The translations under genes were made by a program, and so were the position numbers. 64,000 bases of DNA from Candidatus Saccharimonadales bacterium (lineage in GTDB: Bacteria > Patescibacteriota > Saccharimonadia > Saccharimonadales > UBA10212): contig DASTXL010000002.1 in assembly GCA_035758565.1 (NCBI GenBank), forward strand, positions 211,118-275,117. The letters are read 5' to 3'. The notes beneath the pieces are model-generated. The model searched no databases and was not told the origin of the DNA. It saw nothing but the letters and a program-made list of their open reading frames with translations. How positions within the stretch are numbered: position 1 is the first letter of the stretch; every line of letters starts with the position of its first letter. Shown here piece after piece: positions 26,255 through 35,444 of this stretch.

Positions 26255-27673
26255 CTAAAATAGCGCCCAGATGGCGGCAATACCGGACAGGGCCATCAAA
26301 CCGGTGATAGCCCAACCCAACCAGGTGGTAAATGGCCGGTTAACCCATTCACCCATGATTTTCTTGTCACTGCTCAAAGAAACTATAAAGACCAGAATTA
26401 TTGGCGCAACAATGCCGTTGGCAACCGCTGAATAGATAAGTGCTTTTATGGGGTTCATGCCTATAAAATTCATGCCTAAGCCAACCAGCATGGCAATGAT
26501 TATGGTGCCGTAAAAAGCGTGCGCTTGACGCAAGTTGCGATATAGGCCCTCTTTCCACTTAAAAGTTTCGCTAACCACATAGCTAGATGAGCCAGCCAGC
26601 ACAGGAATAGCCAGTAAACCGGTACCAATGATACCAACGGCAAATAGCCAGTATGTTAAGTTTCCAGCGAACGGCCTTAGGGCATCAGCAGCTTGAGCCG
26701 CCGAATCTATCTGAGTTATGCCCTTCGGGAACAAAATTGCACCACAGGCGGCAATGATAAAAAACATCACCAGTTCGGATAAAAGCATGCCGCTCCAAAC
26801 ATCGATACGCATACGCTTAACCGGTTCTGGGCTGCTGCCTTGGCGAGAAGCAATGGATGTTTTACCTTCCATAATTTGCTCTTCAACCTCTTGGCTAGTT
26901 TGCCAAAAGAAAAGATACGGGCTGATAGTTGTTCCTAAAATAGCGCAGATCAAGAGCAGCTGATCTTTATTCCAATGAATCGTAGGCGTGACAGCTTTTT
27001 GTAGTACATGGCCCCAATCCAAATGCGCCATCAGGGCCGAGGCGATATAGGCAAACAAAACCATGGCTAACCACTTTAAATAATGAGCATAGCGGGCATA
27101 AGGCAAAAAGATTTGCAAAAGCAGCATCACAACAGAAAACCCAATAACCAAAAGGGTAAAATTCAAACCTTTATCTAGTAGCTGTACGCCTTTGGCCATG
27201 GCGCCGAGGTCGGCACCAATGTTAAACGAGTTGGCCGCAAAGACCAACAGCATGCAGACGTATAAAACCTTTTTAGAAAAATGGGCTCGCAGGTTGGAGG
27301 CCAGCCCTCGTCCGGTAACGATACCGATGCGGGCGCACATTTCTTGGATTGCTCCGGCTAACGGATAGCAGAAAAGAGCTAACCATAGAAGTTGAAAACC
27401 ATATTGGGCGCCCGTTTGGCTGTAAGTTGCGATACCAGCCGGATCGTCGTCGGCCGCGCCGGTAGTTAGGCCCGGCCCCAAAGTATTCCAGTATTGCCTG
27501 GCTTTTTGGCCGCTTTTGGCGGTTGGCATTTTGTGGGCCACTTCTTCGGTTTTTTGAAGAGTTGTATCAAGTAGCGCGGCCGGTGCCTCGGCTACTTTCT
27601 CAACGATGTCTTTGTTAGCCATAATTCTTAAGCTTAATCTTATATGTTCTTGAGCCGCTAAACAATATGCCAT
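26255..27673 (-). CDS. mntH: NRAMP family divalent metal cation transporter (start may be ATG 27622)
   Basis: GPGLTTGAADDDPAGIATYSQTGAQYGFQLLW is the NRAMP N-terminal signature. 11-12 TM. Confidence 0.85.
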   Translation of the reverse strand: MAYCLAAQEHIRLSLRIMANKDIVEKVAEAPAALLDTTLQKTEEVAHKMPTAKSGQKARQYWNTLGPGLTTGAADDDPAGIATYSQTGAQYGFQLLWLALFCYPLAGAIQEMCARIGIVTGRGLASNLRAHFSKKVLYVCMLLVFAANSFNIGADLGAMAKGVQLLDKGLNFTLLVIGFSVVMLLLQIFLPYARYAHYLKWLAMVLFAYIASALMAHLDWGHVLQKAVTPTIHWNKDQLLLICAILGTTISPYLFFWQTSQEVEEQIMEGKTSIASRQGSSPEPVKRMRIDVWSGMLLSELVMFFIIAACGAILFPKGITQIDSAAQAADALRPFAGNLTYWLFAVGIIGTGLLAIPVLAGSSSYVVSETFKWKEGLYRNLRQAHAFYGTIIIAMLVGLGMNFIGMNPIKALIYSAVANGIVAPIILVFIVSLSSDKKIMGEWVNRPFTTWLGWAITGLMALSGIAAIWALF

Positions 27674-27777
27674 GCCAAAAACTTGACTTTTGCATAAGCG
27701 TCTTGCATTATCAAAGTACCATTAGTAGTTTTGGGAACTACCGGTAAACAAAAAATAAAACAAACAGGGGAACTAAC

Positions 27778-27876
27778 ATGCCTATCAAGGTATTATTCCG
27801 GCCTAGCAGGCCGCAAAAAGTAGTCGTCCGCGTGCGAATAGTACGCGAAGGCTGGCAGAGATTCTTGGTTTACTAA
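27778..27876 (+). CDS. Possible 32-aa basic micro-ORF downstream of a near-consensus promoter
   Basis: TTGACT-17-CATTAT at about 27682-27710. AGGGG lies 7 nt before the ATG. MPIKVLFRPSRPQKVVVRVRIVREGWQRFLVY. Confidence 0.25.
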   Translation: MPIKVLFRPSRPQKVVVRVRIVREGWQRFLVY

Positions 27877-28593
27877 CTATTGCTTAGCCGGTTGTTTTTT
27901 GGCGATTTCGGCGTCTATTAGTTTGGCGAAGTTGGCCACGGTTTTCGTGGTGTCTAGCCCGGTGCCCTGGCTGTTGACTACGCCTAGCTTGGCGTTGTCT
28001 AAAGCCTTGCCGTCTAAGAAGAAGGTAGGCGTGGCCATGGCTTGGCCGGTTTTAGAGAAAGCGTTGAGATCGGCGTTAATGGCGTTGTTGGCCTGATCAC
28101 TTGAGTAATCTTGCTTGAACTTATTAATGTCTTTAATGCCAATATCTTGAGCGAACTTTACAAAATAGTTATCAAGAGGGTCTTTAGAGGCTACCCAGCC
28201 GGTGGCACCGGCTGGATCCTGATTCTCATAAAGCGCATCATGCATCTGCCAGTATTTGCCTTGAAAGCCGGCGGCTTCGGCGGCGCGAGCGCCAGCAAAG
28301 GCATTGGGGTGAATTTGGCTCAGTGGCAAGTTGCGGAACTGGAAGTAAATCTGGTTGGAATATTGGCTGGCTACTTGCTTGACAGACGGGTAATAACTGC
28401 CGCATACCGGACATTCGTAATCGCCATATTCGATTAGTTTTACGCCGGTAGTGCCTTTGCCCTCTACGTGGTTAGTCGGCTGGTTACTGCTACTGCTGCC
28501 GCCCGAACCGTTGTTGGAATTTTGGGTAACCGCGAATATCACGACAAATACAACGACGATAGCCGCCAGTATGCCTAAGAAACGTCTGTCCAT
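27877..28593 (-). CDS. DsbA-family thiol:disulfide oxidoreductase, membrane anchored
   Basis: N-terminal TM helix. Thioredoxin-fold active site YGDYECPVCGSY. Confidence 0.8.
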   Translation of the reverse strand: MDRRFLGILAAIVVVFVVIFAVTQNSNNGSGGSSSSNQPTNHVEGKGTTGVKLIEYGDYECPVCGSYYPSVKQVASQYSNQIYFQFRNLPLSQIHPNAFAGARAAEAAGFQGKYWQMHDALYENQDPAGATGWVASKDPLDNYFVKFAQDIGIKDINKFKQDYSSDQANNAINADLNAFSKTGQAMATPTFFLDGKALDNAKLGVVNSQGTGLDTTKTVANFAKLIDAEIAKKQPAKQ

Positions 28594-28639
28594 TTAAGTT
28601 AAATCTCCCTATTTCTAAGGAATAGTCTAGCACACTGGG

Positions 28640-29656
28640 TTAACCGCGGATGCCTAGTTCCAAAGTGCCGTCGGTTAGAGCCATGGCAGTGCCTACGGCG
28701 TACATGACGTTGGCAACTATCATTCTGCGCTGGGCGCCCTCGTCGCTGGCGTAAACGGCTCGGGCCCGATCCACCGCGTGCCAGTAGTCGTAGTTGAAAG
28801 ATTGGGCTAGTCCTTCGGTATCTTCGGCAAAGCCGTCGCGGTCGAAAGTCGTGCCTTGAATTTTATTAACAGTAAGTAAAACCTCACGGTGTTCACCGGC
28901 TAATTTTTCTACGGTGTGAATGTTTTGCTTGTGGCCAATGGACTTCACTTTCTTGAGCAAGCGCTTACCAAAGCTTTCTTTGCCATGACCCTTTGGCAAA
29001 TAGCTATCTCGCAGCTCGGTTAGAATCATCTCGGCATTGGCGATAACTTCTTCTACTGCATCTGCTAGGGCGTCGTCGCTGACTTCTGGCTCCACAATGG
29101 CTCTGGCATAAGCGAACATTGCTTGCCGGTCGCACATGAGTTCCAAGATGCCGATCATCTTATCAATGGCGCCGCAGCCGGTTTTTTCTTCGCTAGCAGC
29201 ATTAGTTTCGTCTTCGTGCGCGCCCGGCGGGAAGGGCAAGCCTTCTATAAGTTGGCGGTACTCTTCTAGATCGCTTTCAATAGTCGCGCCGGGTTTCCAA
29301 TTGGCTAGTCGATAGCAGAGTGCCATTACTGGCGTGCCGCCAGGGACTTGCGGGCCCAGAGGTTCACGTGCCGGGCGCTGGCTTTCGCTGCGGCCATCTA
29401 TGCAACGGACGCTAGAAAGAACATCTGCCAGACGAAAACGATTGGCGGCCAGTTCTTTTAAGCGATTCATAATTGCTGGGACCTCAGATTCGCTGCTGCC
29501 GAATCGTTTGGCTACAATTTCGGGCTTAGCAGATATGGGTCCCTGCCAAATGTTAGGATGAGGATTTTCGCCGCCAACCGGTCCTTTCCATTCAATATTT
29601 ACCGGTGATTGGTCAAATTCATGATCTTCGCCCATAGGGAACCTTTCTTTCGGCAT
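28640..29656 (-). CDS. Hypothetical protein (CIDGR ... H ... GCGA motifs)
   Basis: 338-aa ORF. See the finding on a distant beta-carbonic-anhydrase-like motif. Confidence 0.6.
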   Translation of the reverse strand: MPKERFPMGEDHEFDQSPVNIEWKGPVGGENPHPNIWQGPISAKPEIVAKRFGSSESEVPAIMNRLKELAANRFRLADVLSSVRCIDGRSESQRPAREPLGPQVPGGTPVMALCYRLANWKPGATIESDLEEYRQLIEGLPFPPGAHEDETNAASEEKTGCGAIDKMIGILELMCDRQAMFAYARAIVEPEVSDDALADAVEEVIANAEMILTELRDSYLPKGHGKESFGKRLLKKVKSIGHKQNIHTVEKLAGEHREVLLTVNKIQGTTFDRDGFAEDTEGLAQSFNYDYWHAVDRARAVYASDEGAQRRMIVANVMYAVGTAMALTDGTLELGIRG

Positions 29657-29802
29657 TAAAAATAAATCTCCTCGATTATTCAGGCTCGGGCTTTTTACTC
29701 GGACCTTTGTTTTAGAACAACAGTTTTTTAAGTTACTCCCAGCGCCAAAATTTGTAAAGGGTAAAACTTACATTGCACCAGATGTGATACATTAGAAATA
29801 CG

Positions 29803-30879
29803 ATGAAGCTAGTGTTTATTCTTGCCCTCTTAGCCCTGTTGAAATCGGTTCTGCTTTACCGCGTTTACCACCTCTTGCCGCTTTATGAGCTAAGGCGCCG
29901 CGCCCGGGCGCATGATCCCCAGGCCTCAGCCATATATAAAGTTGCTGCCAACGACCAACCACTCGACGTGCTGTTATATATTGTTGGTTTTGCGGCGGCA
30001 ACTTACTTAATCATTGCCGCCGCTGGCTATTCTTGGTGGTGGGCTTCGATTGTTATTTTATTTATTGCTTGGCTGTCCATCTGGGCACCCAAGCCAAAGG
30101 TCGGCGGTTTGCTTTGGCGGTTCAGCGTCTGGGCGTCACCGTATACTTTTAAAATCCTGTCGTGGCTACAGCCAGGCCTGTCGCTCATTGCTAACTTTTT
30201 GCCGGGCCACGGCGAACTATACGTTCACAGCGGGGTTTACGACAAAGAAGATTTGCTAGAACTTATCAACGCTCAGAATAATCGTGCCGATAACCGCATT
30301 TCAGAGCAAGATTTAAAAATCGCTTTTGGCGCTCTAAGCTTTGGCGATATTAAAGTATCCAAAATTATGACGCCGCGCCGTAAGGTTAAGTTTGTCGGCG
30401 AAAACGATGTTGTTGGGCCAATGCTAATGGACGAGTTGCACAAAACCGGCTTTAGCCGCTTTCCGGTAGTTAACGGTTCGACTAAGTCTAATATGCCAAA
30501 TGTCGTCGGCACCTTGTTTTTGAAAGACATTGTAGAGATTAGCCAAGAAGATAAAGGCAAAGTCAAAGACAGCATGAAGCGCGGCGCCTATTTTATCAAC
30601 GAAAGCTGCGATTTAAACCAGGCACTAGATGCTTTTCTAAAAAACCAGCACCACCAACTGGTTGTAGTGAACAATTTCGAAGAAATGGTAGGTGTGATTA
30701 CGCTCGAAGACGTACTCGAGCAAATCATCGGCCAGCCGATACTCGATGAGTTTGATAAATACGATAATTTGCGGGCTGTCGCCAACATTGAAGCCGAACG
30801 CGAAAAGGCTGCGCACAAAGAAATAGAGCCCGAGCCAGCTGCGGAAGAAACCGCCGAACCCGAACCCGCCGTCGAATAG
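29803..30879 (+). CDS. CNNM/DUF21 transmembrane + CBS-pair domain protein (HlyC/CorC family)
   Basis: Four N-terminal TM helices. MTPRRKVKFV...GFSRFPVV and VGVITLEDVLEQIIG CBS pair. Acidic tail instead of a CorC_HlyC domain. Confidence 0.75.
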   Translation: MKLVFILALLALLKSVLLYRVYHLLPLYELRRRARAHDPQASAIYKVAANDQPLDVLLYIVGFAAATYLIIAAAGYSWWWASIVILFIAWLSIWAPKPKVGGLLWRFSVWASPYTFKILSWLQPGLSLIANFLPGHGELYVHSGVYDKEDLLELINAQNNRADNRISEQDLKIAFGALSFGDIKVSKIMTPRRKVKFVGENDVVGPMLMDELHKTGFSRFPVVNGSTKSNMPNVVGTLFLKDIVEISQEDKGKVKDSMKRGAYFINESCDLNQALDAFLKNQHHQLVVVNNFEEMVGVITLEDVLEQIIGQPILDEFDKYDNLRAVANIEAEREKAAHKEIEPEPAAEETAEPEPAVE

Positions 30880-30943
30880 TTGCTTGCCATAAGCGGTTTA
30901 AGCGCCTATACTGCTACCAATTTGGCTTGAATTAGGAGGAAAA

Positions 30944-31471
30944 ATGGGCGAAAAAATAAATATGCCGCCGTCAGAGGCTATGACCACATCGGCGAAAAGG
31001 TTTCTCGACTTTATTATCAACTTCCCAGTATCGGATCAAATCTCCCCGGAAACATTCCGGGGATTTTTAAATGACTACGATATTGCTAGAGAAATATGCA
31101 ATATTGGCTGCAACTTTGGCCAAGTCTATTTAAATTCTGCCGGCTACCAACAGCTGCACGCAAATAGCGAGGGCAGTTATATGGTGGCGACTTATTATCC
31201 CGGCGAGACAGCTGCTTTTCACGCGTTCTTTGGGCCCGGCGGCCAACACCAGGAAACGACTGCCATAACCTTATTCGAAGATGGACGGCCACCGGTTGCC
31301 CAAAAAGCAATTCCGCTGGATCGCTACGGCCGCAAACAAATTATTGAGCTGGATAAGCCGACTGAAGTGTGGGCTGAAATCCAGGTTTTAGCCGGCCTGA
31401 TCAGAACGTCGTTGCCAGGCGAACAAGAAGAACCGCAAGTAGATCTGCAGATCGAGCAACTGGCTGCTTAA
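30944..31471 (+). CDS. Hypothetical protein
   Basis: 175-aa ORF with RBS AGGAGG upstream. Confidence 0.55.
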   Translation: MGEKINMPPSEAMTTSAKRFLDFIINFPVSDQISPETFRGFLNDYDIAREICNIGCNFGQVYLNSAGYQQLHANSEGSYMVATYYPGETAAFHAFFGPGGQHQETTAITLFEDGRPPVAQKAIPLDRYGRKQIIELDKPTEVWAEIQVLAGLIRTSLPGEQEEPQVDLQIEQLAA

Positions 31472-31630
31472 GTTTTGCTGCGCTTATCAGAGGTGGTAAA
31501 ATAACTTCGATGCGTTATTTGGTTGATAACAACTTGAATTTACGGACCGGCGAACTTACTATCGCCGCGTAAGTTTCGCTTTCGGTCCAAATTTCAGGCA
31601 ACTTATCAACCATAACTCCTAAGGAATATT

Positions 31631-33370
31631 ATGAAACGAACACTAGCGACCGAAACAACTCATAAAGTAGGCGAACAAGTTACAATTGCCGGGTGGGTAA
31701 ACTCGCGGCGCGATCACGGCGGTCTGATTTTTATAGATGTGCGAGATAACACTGGTGTTGTGCAGTTGGTAATTCAGCCAACTAACGAATCTTTTAAGAT
31801 TGCCGAACAGCTGCGCGACGAATTCGTAATTCAAGCAACCGGCACCGTAAAAGAACGCGCCGAAGATTTGAAAAATCCGCATATTGAAACCGGCTCGGTA
31901 GAAGTTTACGTAGACGAACTCAAAATTTTAAACCGTGCCGAGGCTTTGCCGTTTCCAATTCACGACGTTGGCGTTAACGAAGAAATGCGCCTGCGCTACC
32001 GTTTTTTGGATCTACGCCGGCCTAAGATGCAGCGCATGCTAAAAAAGCGCGCCGAGATGTACCAGATAATCCGCAAATTCATGGAAGAGCGCGATTTTAC
32101 AGAGGTTACCACGCCGATTCTAGCTAACTCCAGCCCAGAGGGCGCCCGCGACTTTTTGATTCCATCGCGCATCCACCAAGGCAAGTTTTACGCTTTGCCG
32201 CAGGCACCGCAGCAGTTCAAGCAGCTATTAATGGTTGGCGGTATTCCGCGCTATTACCAGCTGGCCGCCTGTTTTCGCGACGAAGATCCGCGGGCAGATC
32301 GCTTGTACGGCGAGTTTTACCAAATCGACCTAGAGATGAGCTTTGTGGAAGACGGCGAAGAAGTCCGCAGCCTGATGGAGCCGCTGATCGTCGAGCTAGT
32401 CAGAGATTTTGCCGGCAAGAAATTATTGTTCCAAGATATTCCACGCATCCCATACCAAGAAGCCATGGATAAATATGGCTCCGACAAGCCAGACTTGCGC
32501 TTTGGCATGGAGCTAGTAGAACTAACCGAGGATTTGCGCGGCACCGAGTTTGGCGTGTTTAAAAATGCCGAGTGCGTTAAAGCCATTTGCGTTAAAGGCG
32601 GGGCAGACTTAAGCCGTTCGCAAATAGATAAGTTTACCGAAGTTGCTAAGAATGAGGGAGCCGGCGGCTTGGCTTACATTACTTACCAAAACGGTGAGGC
32701 TAACTCGCCGATCGCTAAGTTCTTGAATGAATCAGAACTAGCTGCTATTAAATCAAAGACTGGTGCGCAGGACGGCGATGCCGTATTCTTTGGCGCCGAT
32801 CGCCGCGGCGTGGTCAACAAAGTTCTAGGCAAACTTCGCAGCGAATTTGCCGATCATTTTAACCTAAAAGATCCGAACGTTATTGCCCTGGCCTGGATTG
32901 TCGACTTTCCGTTTTACGAGCTTGATGAAAAAACTGGCAAGCTAGACTTTGGTCACAACCCGTTCAGCATGCCAAAAGGCGGCCTAGAAGCGTTGGAGTC
33001 AGAAGACAAGCTAAGCGTCTTGGCCGACCAGTACGACATGGTCATGAACGGTTACGAGATTTGTTCTGGCGGCGTGCGCAACCACAACCCAGACGTGCTT
33101 TACCGCGTGTTCCAGGTGCTGGGCTTTAGCAAAGATTACGTAGAAGCTAAGTTCGGAGGTATGCTCAACGCCTTTAAGTACGGCGCGCCACCGCATGCCG
33201 GCTGTGCGTTCGGTATCGACCGCATGTTCATGGAGCTTATGGGCGAATCTAACATTCGCGAAATCGTCGCCTTCCCCAAAAATGGAAGTGGGACCGACGT
33301 AATGATGAACAGCCCATCAACGGTAGAGGATTCTCAGCTCAAAGAACTTGGTATTAAGCCGTTACAATAA
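31631..33370 (+). CDS. aspS: Aspartate--tRNA ligase
   Basis: 579 aa. N-terminal OB anticodon-binding domain, FRDEDPRADR (motif 2 region), GGVRNHN, GCAFGIDRMFM (motif 3). Confidence 0.95.
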   Translation: MKRTLATETTHKVGEQVTIAGWVNSRRDHGGLIFIDVRDNTGVVQLVIQPTNESFKIAEQLRDEFVIQATGTVKERAEDLKNPHIETGSVEVYVDELKILNRAEALPFPIHDVGVNEEMRLRYRFLDLRRPKMQRMLKKRAEMYQIIRKFMEERDFTEVTTPILANSSPEGARDFLIPSRIHQGKFYALPQAPQQFKQLLMVGGIPRYYQLAACFRDEDPRADRLYGEFYQIDLEMSFVEDGEEVRSLMEPLIVELVRDFAGKKLLFQDIPRIPYQEAMDKYGSDKPDLRFGMELVELTEDLRGTEFGVFKNAECVKAICVKGGADLSRSQIDKFTEVAKNEGAGGLAYITYQNGEANSPIAKFLNESELAAIKSKTGAQDGDAVFFGADRRGVVNKVLGKLRSEFADHFNLKDPNVIALAWIVDFPFYELDEKTGKLDFGHNPFSMPKGGLEALESEDKLSVLADQYDMVMNGYEICSGGVRNHNPDVLYRVFQVLGFSKDYVEAKFGGMLNAFKYGAPPHAGCAFGIDRMFMELMGESNIREIVAFPKNGSGTDVMMNSPSTVEDSQLKELGIKPLQ

Positions 33371-33409
33371 GCTCTGGTGTGCATGTTACAATAAAGTCGG
33401 AGACAAGCT

Positions 33410-33616
33410 ATGAGCAATGACGAGAGGGTGAAAAAGCTAGAAAAACTTTTAGACGTCGCTCTAGAGCGCGCCGATACCCTTGAAAAAAAACAAACTGCTT
33501 CAAAACCAAATAAAGCAAAACTCAAGAAATTAGCTAACGATATCCGAAAAAACCTTGAGGAATATTCAGTTGAAGCTTCAGTACACAGCGACCTTACCTA
33601 CCGACCTCAGCACTAG
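33410..33616 (+). CDS. Small Lys-rich coiled-coil protein (possible antitoxin-position gene)
   Basis: 68 aa. Overlaps the PIN-like ORF by 62 nt, so one of the two starts is uncertain. Confidence 0.4.
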   Translation: MSNDERVKKLEKLLDVALERADTLEKKQTASKPNKAKLKKLANDIRKNLEEYSVEASVHSDLTYRPQH

Positions 33617-34118
33617 ATACATATTGGTCGACTCTACGGCACTAATACATGCTGCTTATTCTGATGAGTTTTTAAAATTACTAACAGATATTGTCGGAGC
33701 TGGCTGCACTCTTTTTACGATCCCATCGGTTGTTTACGAGTATAGTCGTTCTGCTGATACGCCAGCAAAACTCAAACAAAGATTAGAGTTTATTAAGGAG
33801 CTCAAAATTGCGGTTCTTAACCGTGTCGAGGAGGAAATAGAAAAACACAGCATTTTTCTAGTGGCCTACAATCGTACATTCAACAAAAGGAATCCCGGTC
33901 CCAGCTATACTGATTCGCTTCTGTGCGCCATGGCCTACAGATTTAAGCATATGCAACCGCTAATTCTGTCGGCTAATCATAAGGACATTCCCCAAAGTAT
34001 CTTTGATCGTACGGAGCTTATTACCATTGATATTTCTGGAGGTCTCCAAAACGAGGCCCTGTACGAATTTTCAGAATCCAAGTTCTCCAAGCTCTTAGAA
34101 GAGCTAGAGAAAACTTAA
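33555..34118 (+). CDS. PIN-like domain protein
   Basis: Acidic quartet context: RYILVDSTALI, SVVYEYS, SYTDSLLCAMAY, ILSANHKDI. Confidence 0.5.
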   Translation: MRNIQLKLQYTATLPTDLSTRYILVDSTALIHAAYSDEFLKLLTDIVGAGCTLFTIPSVVYEYSRSADTPAKLKQRLEFIKELKIAVLNRVEEEIEKHSIFLVAYNRTFNKRNPGPSYTDSLLCAMAYRFKHMQPLILSANHKDIPQSIFDRTELITIDISGGLQNEALYEFSESKFSKLLEELEKT

Positions 34119-34145
34119 CAATACCGCTCAAAACAACCGAGCAGC

Positions 34146-34565
34146 TTATTTTTTGGCTCGGTTGGTTTTGTACCATTCTTTTTTGGGCCATTTGATCACC
34201 CAGATGCTAGTAAAATTGATTAGCGCGCCGATAATCACTAATATCGGCCAAGAGTAAAGGAGCCCAACCATGGCTAAAGCCAAGCCGCCCACGACGCCTA
34301 TAACCATAAACGGATGCTGCAATAAGCTCAAAAACAAATCTTTAAAAAGTTTGCCCGTGCCACCTTTGACCCCATAGGTGCTTATATATATGCAAGCGAG
34401 TATGGTGAACAGCCAAAGGGCTAAGATGTCCCAAAAACAGGAAGACCAGCTTGTATTGTGGCTAAATAAAGAACTAATTACCGCAGATTGTCTAAGTCCG
34501 ACAACCACTATTATCCAAAAGACCAAAGATAACATTCGGAAGCGGTAACTTGACATTTTCATCAT
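34146..34565 (-). CDS. Integral membrane protein (4 TM), hypothetical
   Basis: 139 aa, strongly hydrophobic. Confidence 0.55.
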   Translation of the reverse strand: MMKMSSYRFRMLSLVFWIIVVVGLRQSAVISSLFSHNTSWSSCFWDILALWLFTILACIYISTYGVKGGTGKLFKDLFLSLLQHPFMVIGVVGGLALAMVGLLYSWPILVIIGALINFTSIWVIKWPKKEWYKTNRAKK

Positions 34566-34583
34566 AACTTCAGATTATACACT

Positions 34584-35396
34584 TTAAAGTAACTGAGCGG
34601 CTTGAATATGAGAACAAATGCCAGGACGGCCCGCGTACGCGCCTTTGCCATTAAATAGGTCGCAATCGCATGCCCAGTCGTCGCCAGTTTTTACTACACG
34701 GTGGCTGGCGTGGTTGCCGTTGACTTTGTAATGATTATCGTCGGTGCGCTCGACTCTAAATTCGGCCAAATAAACGACAGCGTTATTAAATAGTTTTTTA
34801 AACTGAGTGAAATCCGATCTCGCAAGATATTGTTTTGCCATTGCTATGATCATTCTTTTTTGGTCGTCGCTTAGATTATTGAATAGACCTGCGGCCTTCG
34901 CGGCAGCCACAAGGCAGTCTTCAATCTCTTTGTGATTATTGCCTGCAAGGGTGAAAGTAATTACGTCATTTTTGGCAGTGAACTCCCGGGTCCAATCATC
35001 GCCGTAGCGAATCGTGGCTAGAATATTAAAGTTTTTTGAGAAAAGATCTAAAACTGCTTTTTTAAACGTCGGAGACAGCATTTGCATTCGCCCAATTTCA
35101 TCTATGGCCACAAATTTATCTTCTGGTACCTTGGAAATTAGCTGTGTAAAAAGCCTATCTATTGTTTTGATATCAACTAGATAATCACCTAGCGTAGCCT
35201 CGGACTTGACTTCAGTCTTATGGGCAAATACACTGCTTGCTCCGTCTGACGAGCGAGCTTTAAAGCCAATTCTTTGCCCGCCCAAATCTCTTAGTTCTTC
35301 GGAAACAATCCACAAATCACAGTCAAGGCTCGGCAAGATTTTTCTAAAAAGAGTGGTTTTGCCTGTGCCAGGCAACCCGGTTAGCAAAAGTTTCAT
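34584..35396 (-). CDS. THEP1-type P-loop NTPase fused to a C-terminal SWIM zinc finger
   Basis: MKLLLTGLPGTGKTT (Walker A), FVAIDEIGRMQ (Walker B). C-terminus WACDCDLFNGKGAYAGRPGICSH matches the CxCxnCxH SWIM pattern. TATAAT lies 6 nt before ATG 35396, so the mRNA is possibly leaderless. Confidence 0.7.
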   Translation of the reverse strand: MKLLLTGLPGTGKTTLFRKILPSLDCDLWIVSEELRDLGGQRIGFKARSSDGASSVFAHKTEVKSEATLGDYLVDIKTIDRLFTQLISKVPEDKFVAIDEIGRMQMLSPTFKKAVLDLFSKNFNILATIRYGDDWTREFTAKNDVITFTLAGNNHKEIEDCLVAAAKAAGLFNNLSDDQKRMIIAMAKQYLARSDFTQFKKLFNNAVVYLAEFRVERTDDNHYKVNGNHASHRVVKTGDDWACDCDLFNGKGAYAGRPGICSHIQAAQLL

Positions 35397-35444
35397 AACC
35401 GAATTATACGCCCTAAAAATAAACGAACAGGGTAGAATTAAGTT

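Noticed and set aside
31480-31630. T-box riboswitch upstream of aspS (the sequence contains GAGGTGGTA).
   Set aside because: The leader is too short. It lacks the conserved GGUGGNACCGCG T-box sequence and a terminator/antiterminator pair.
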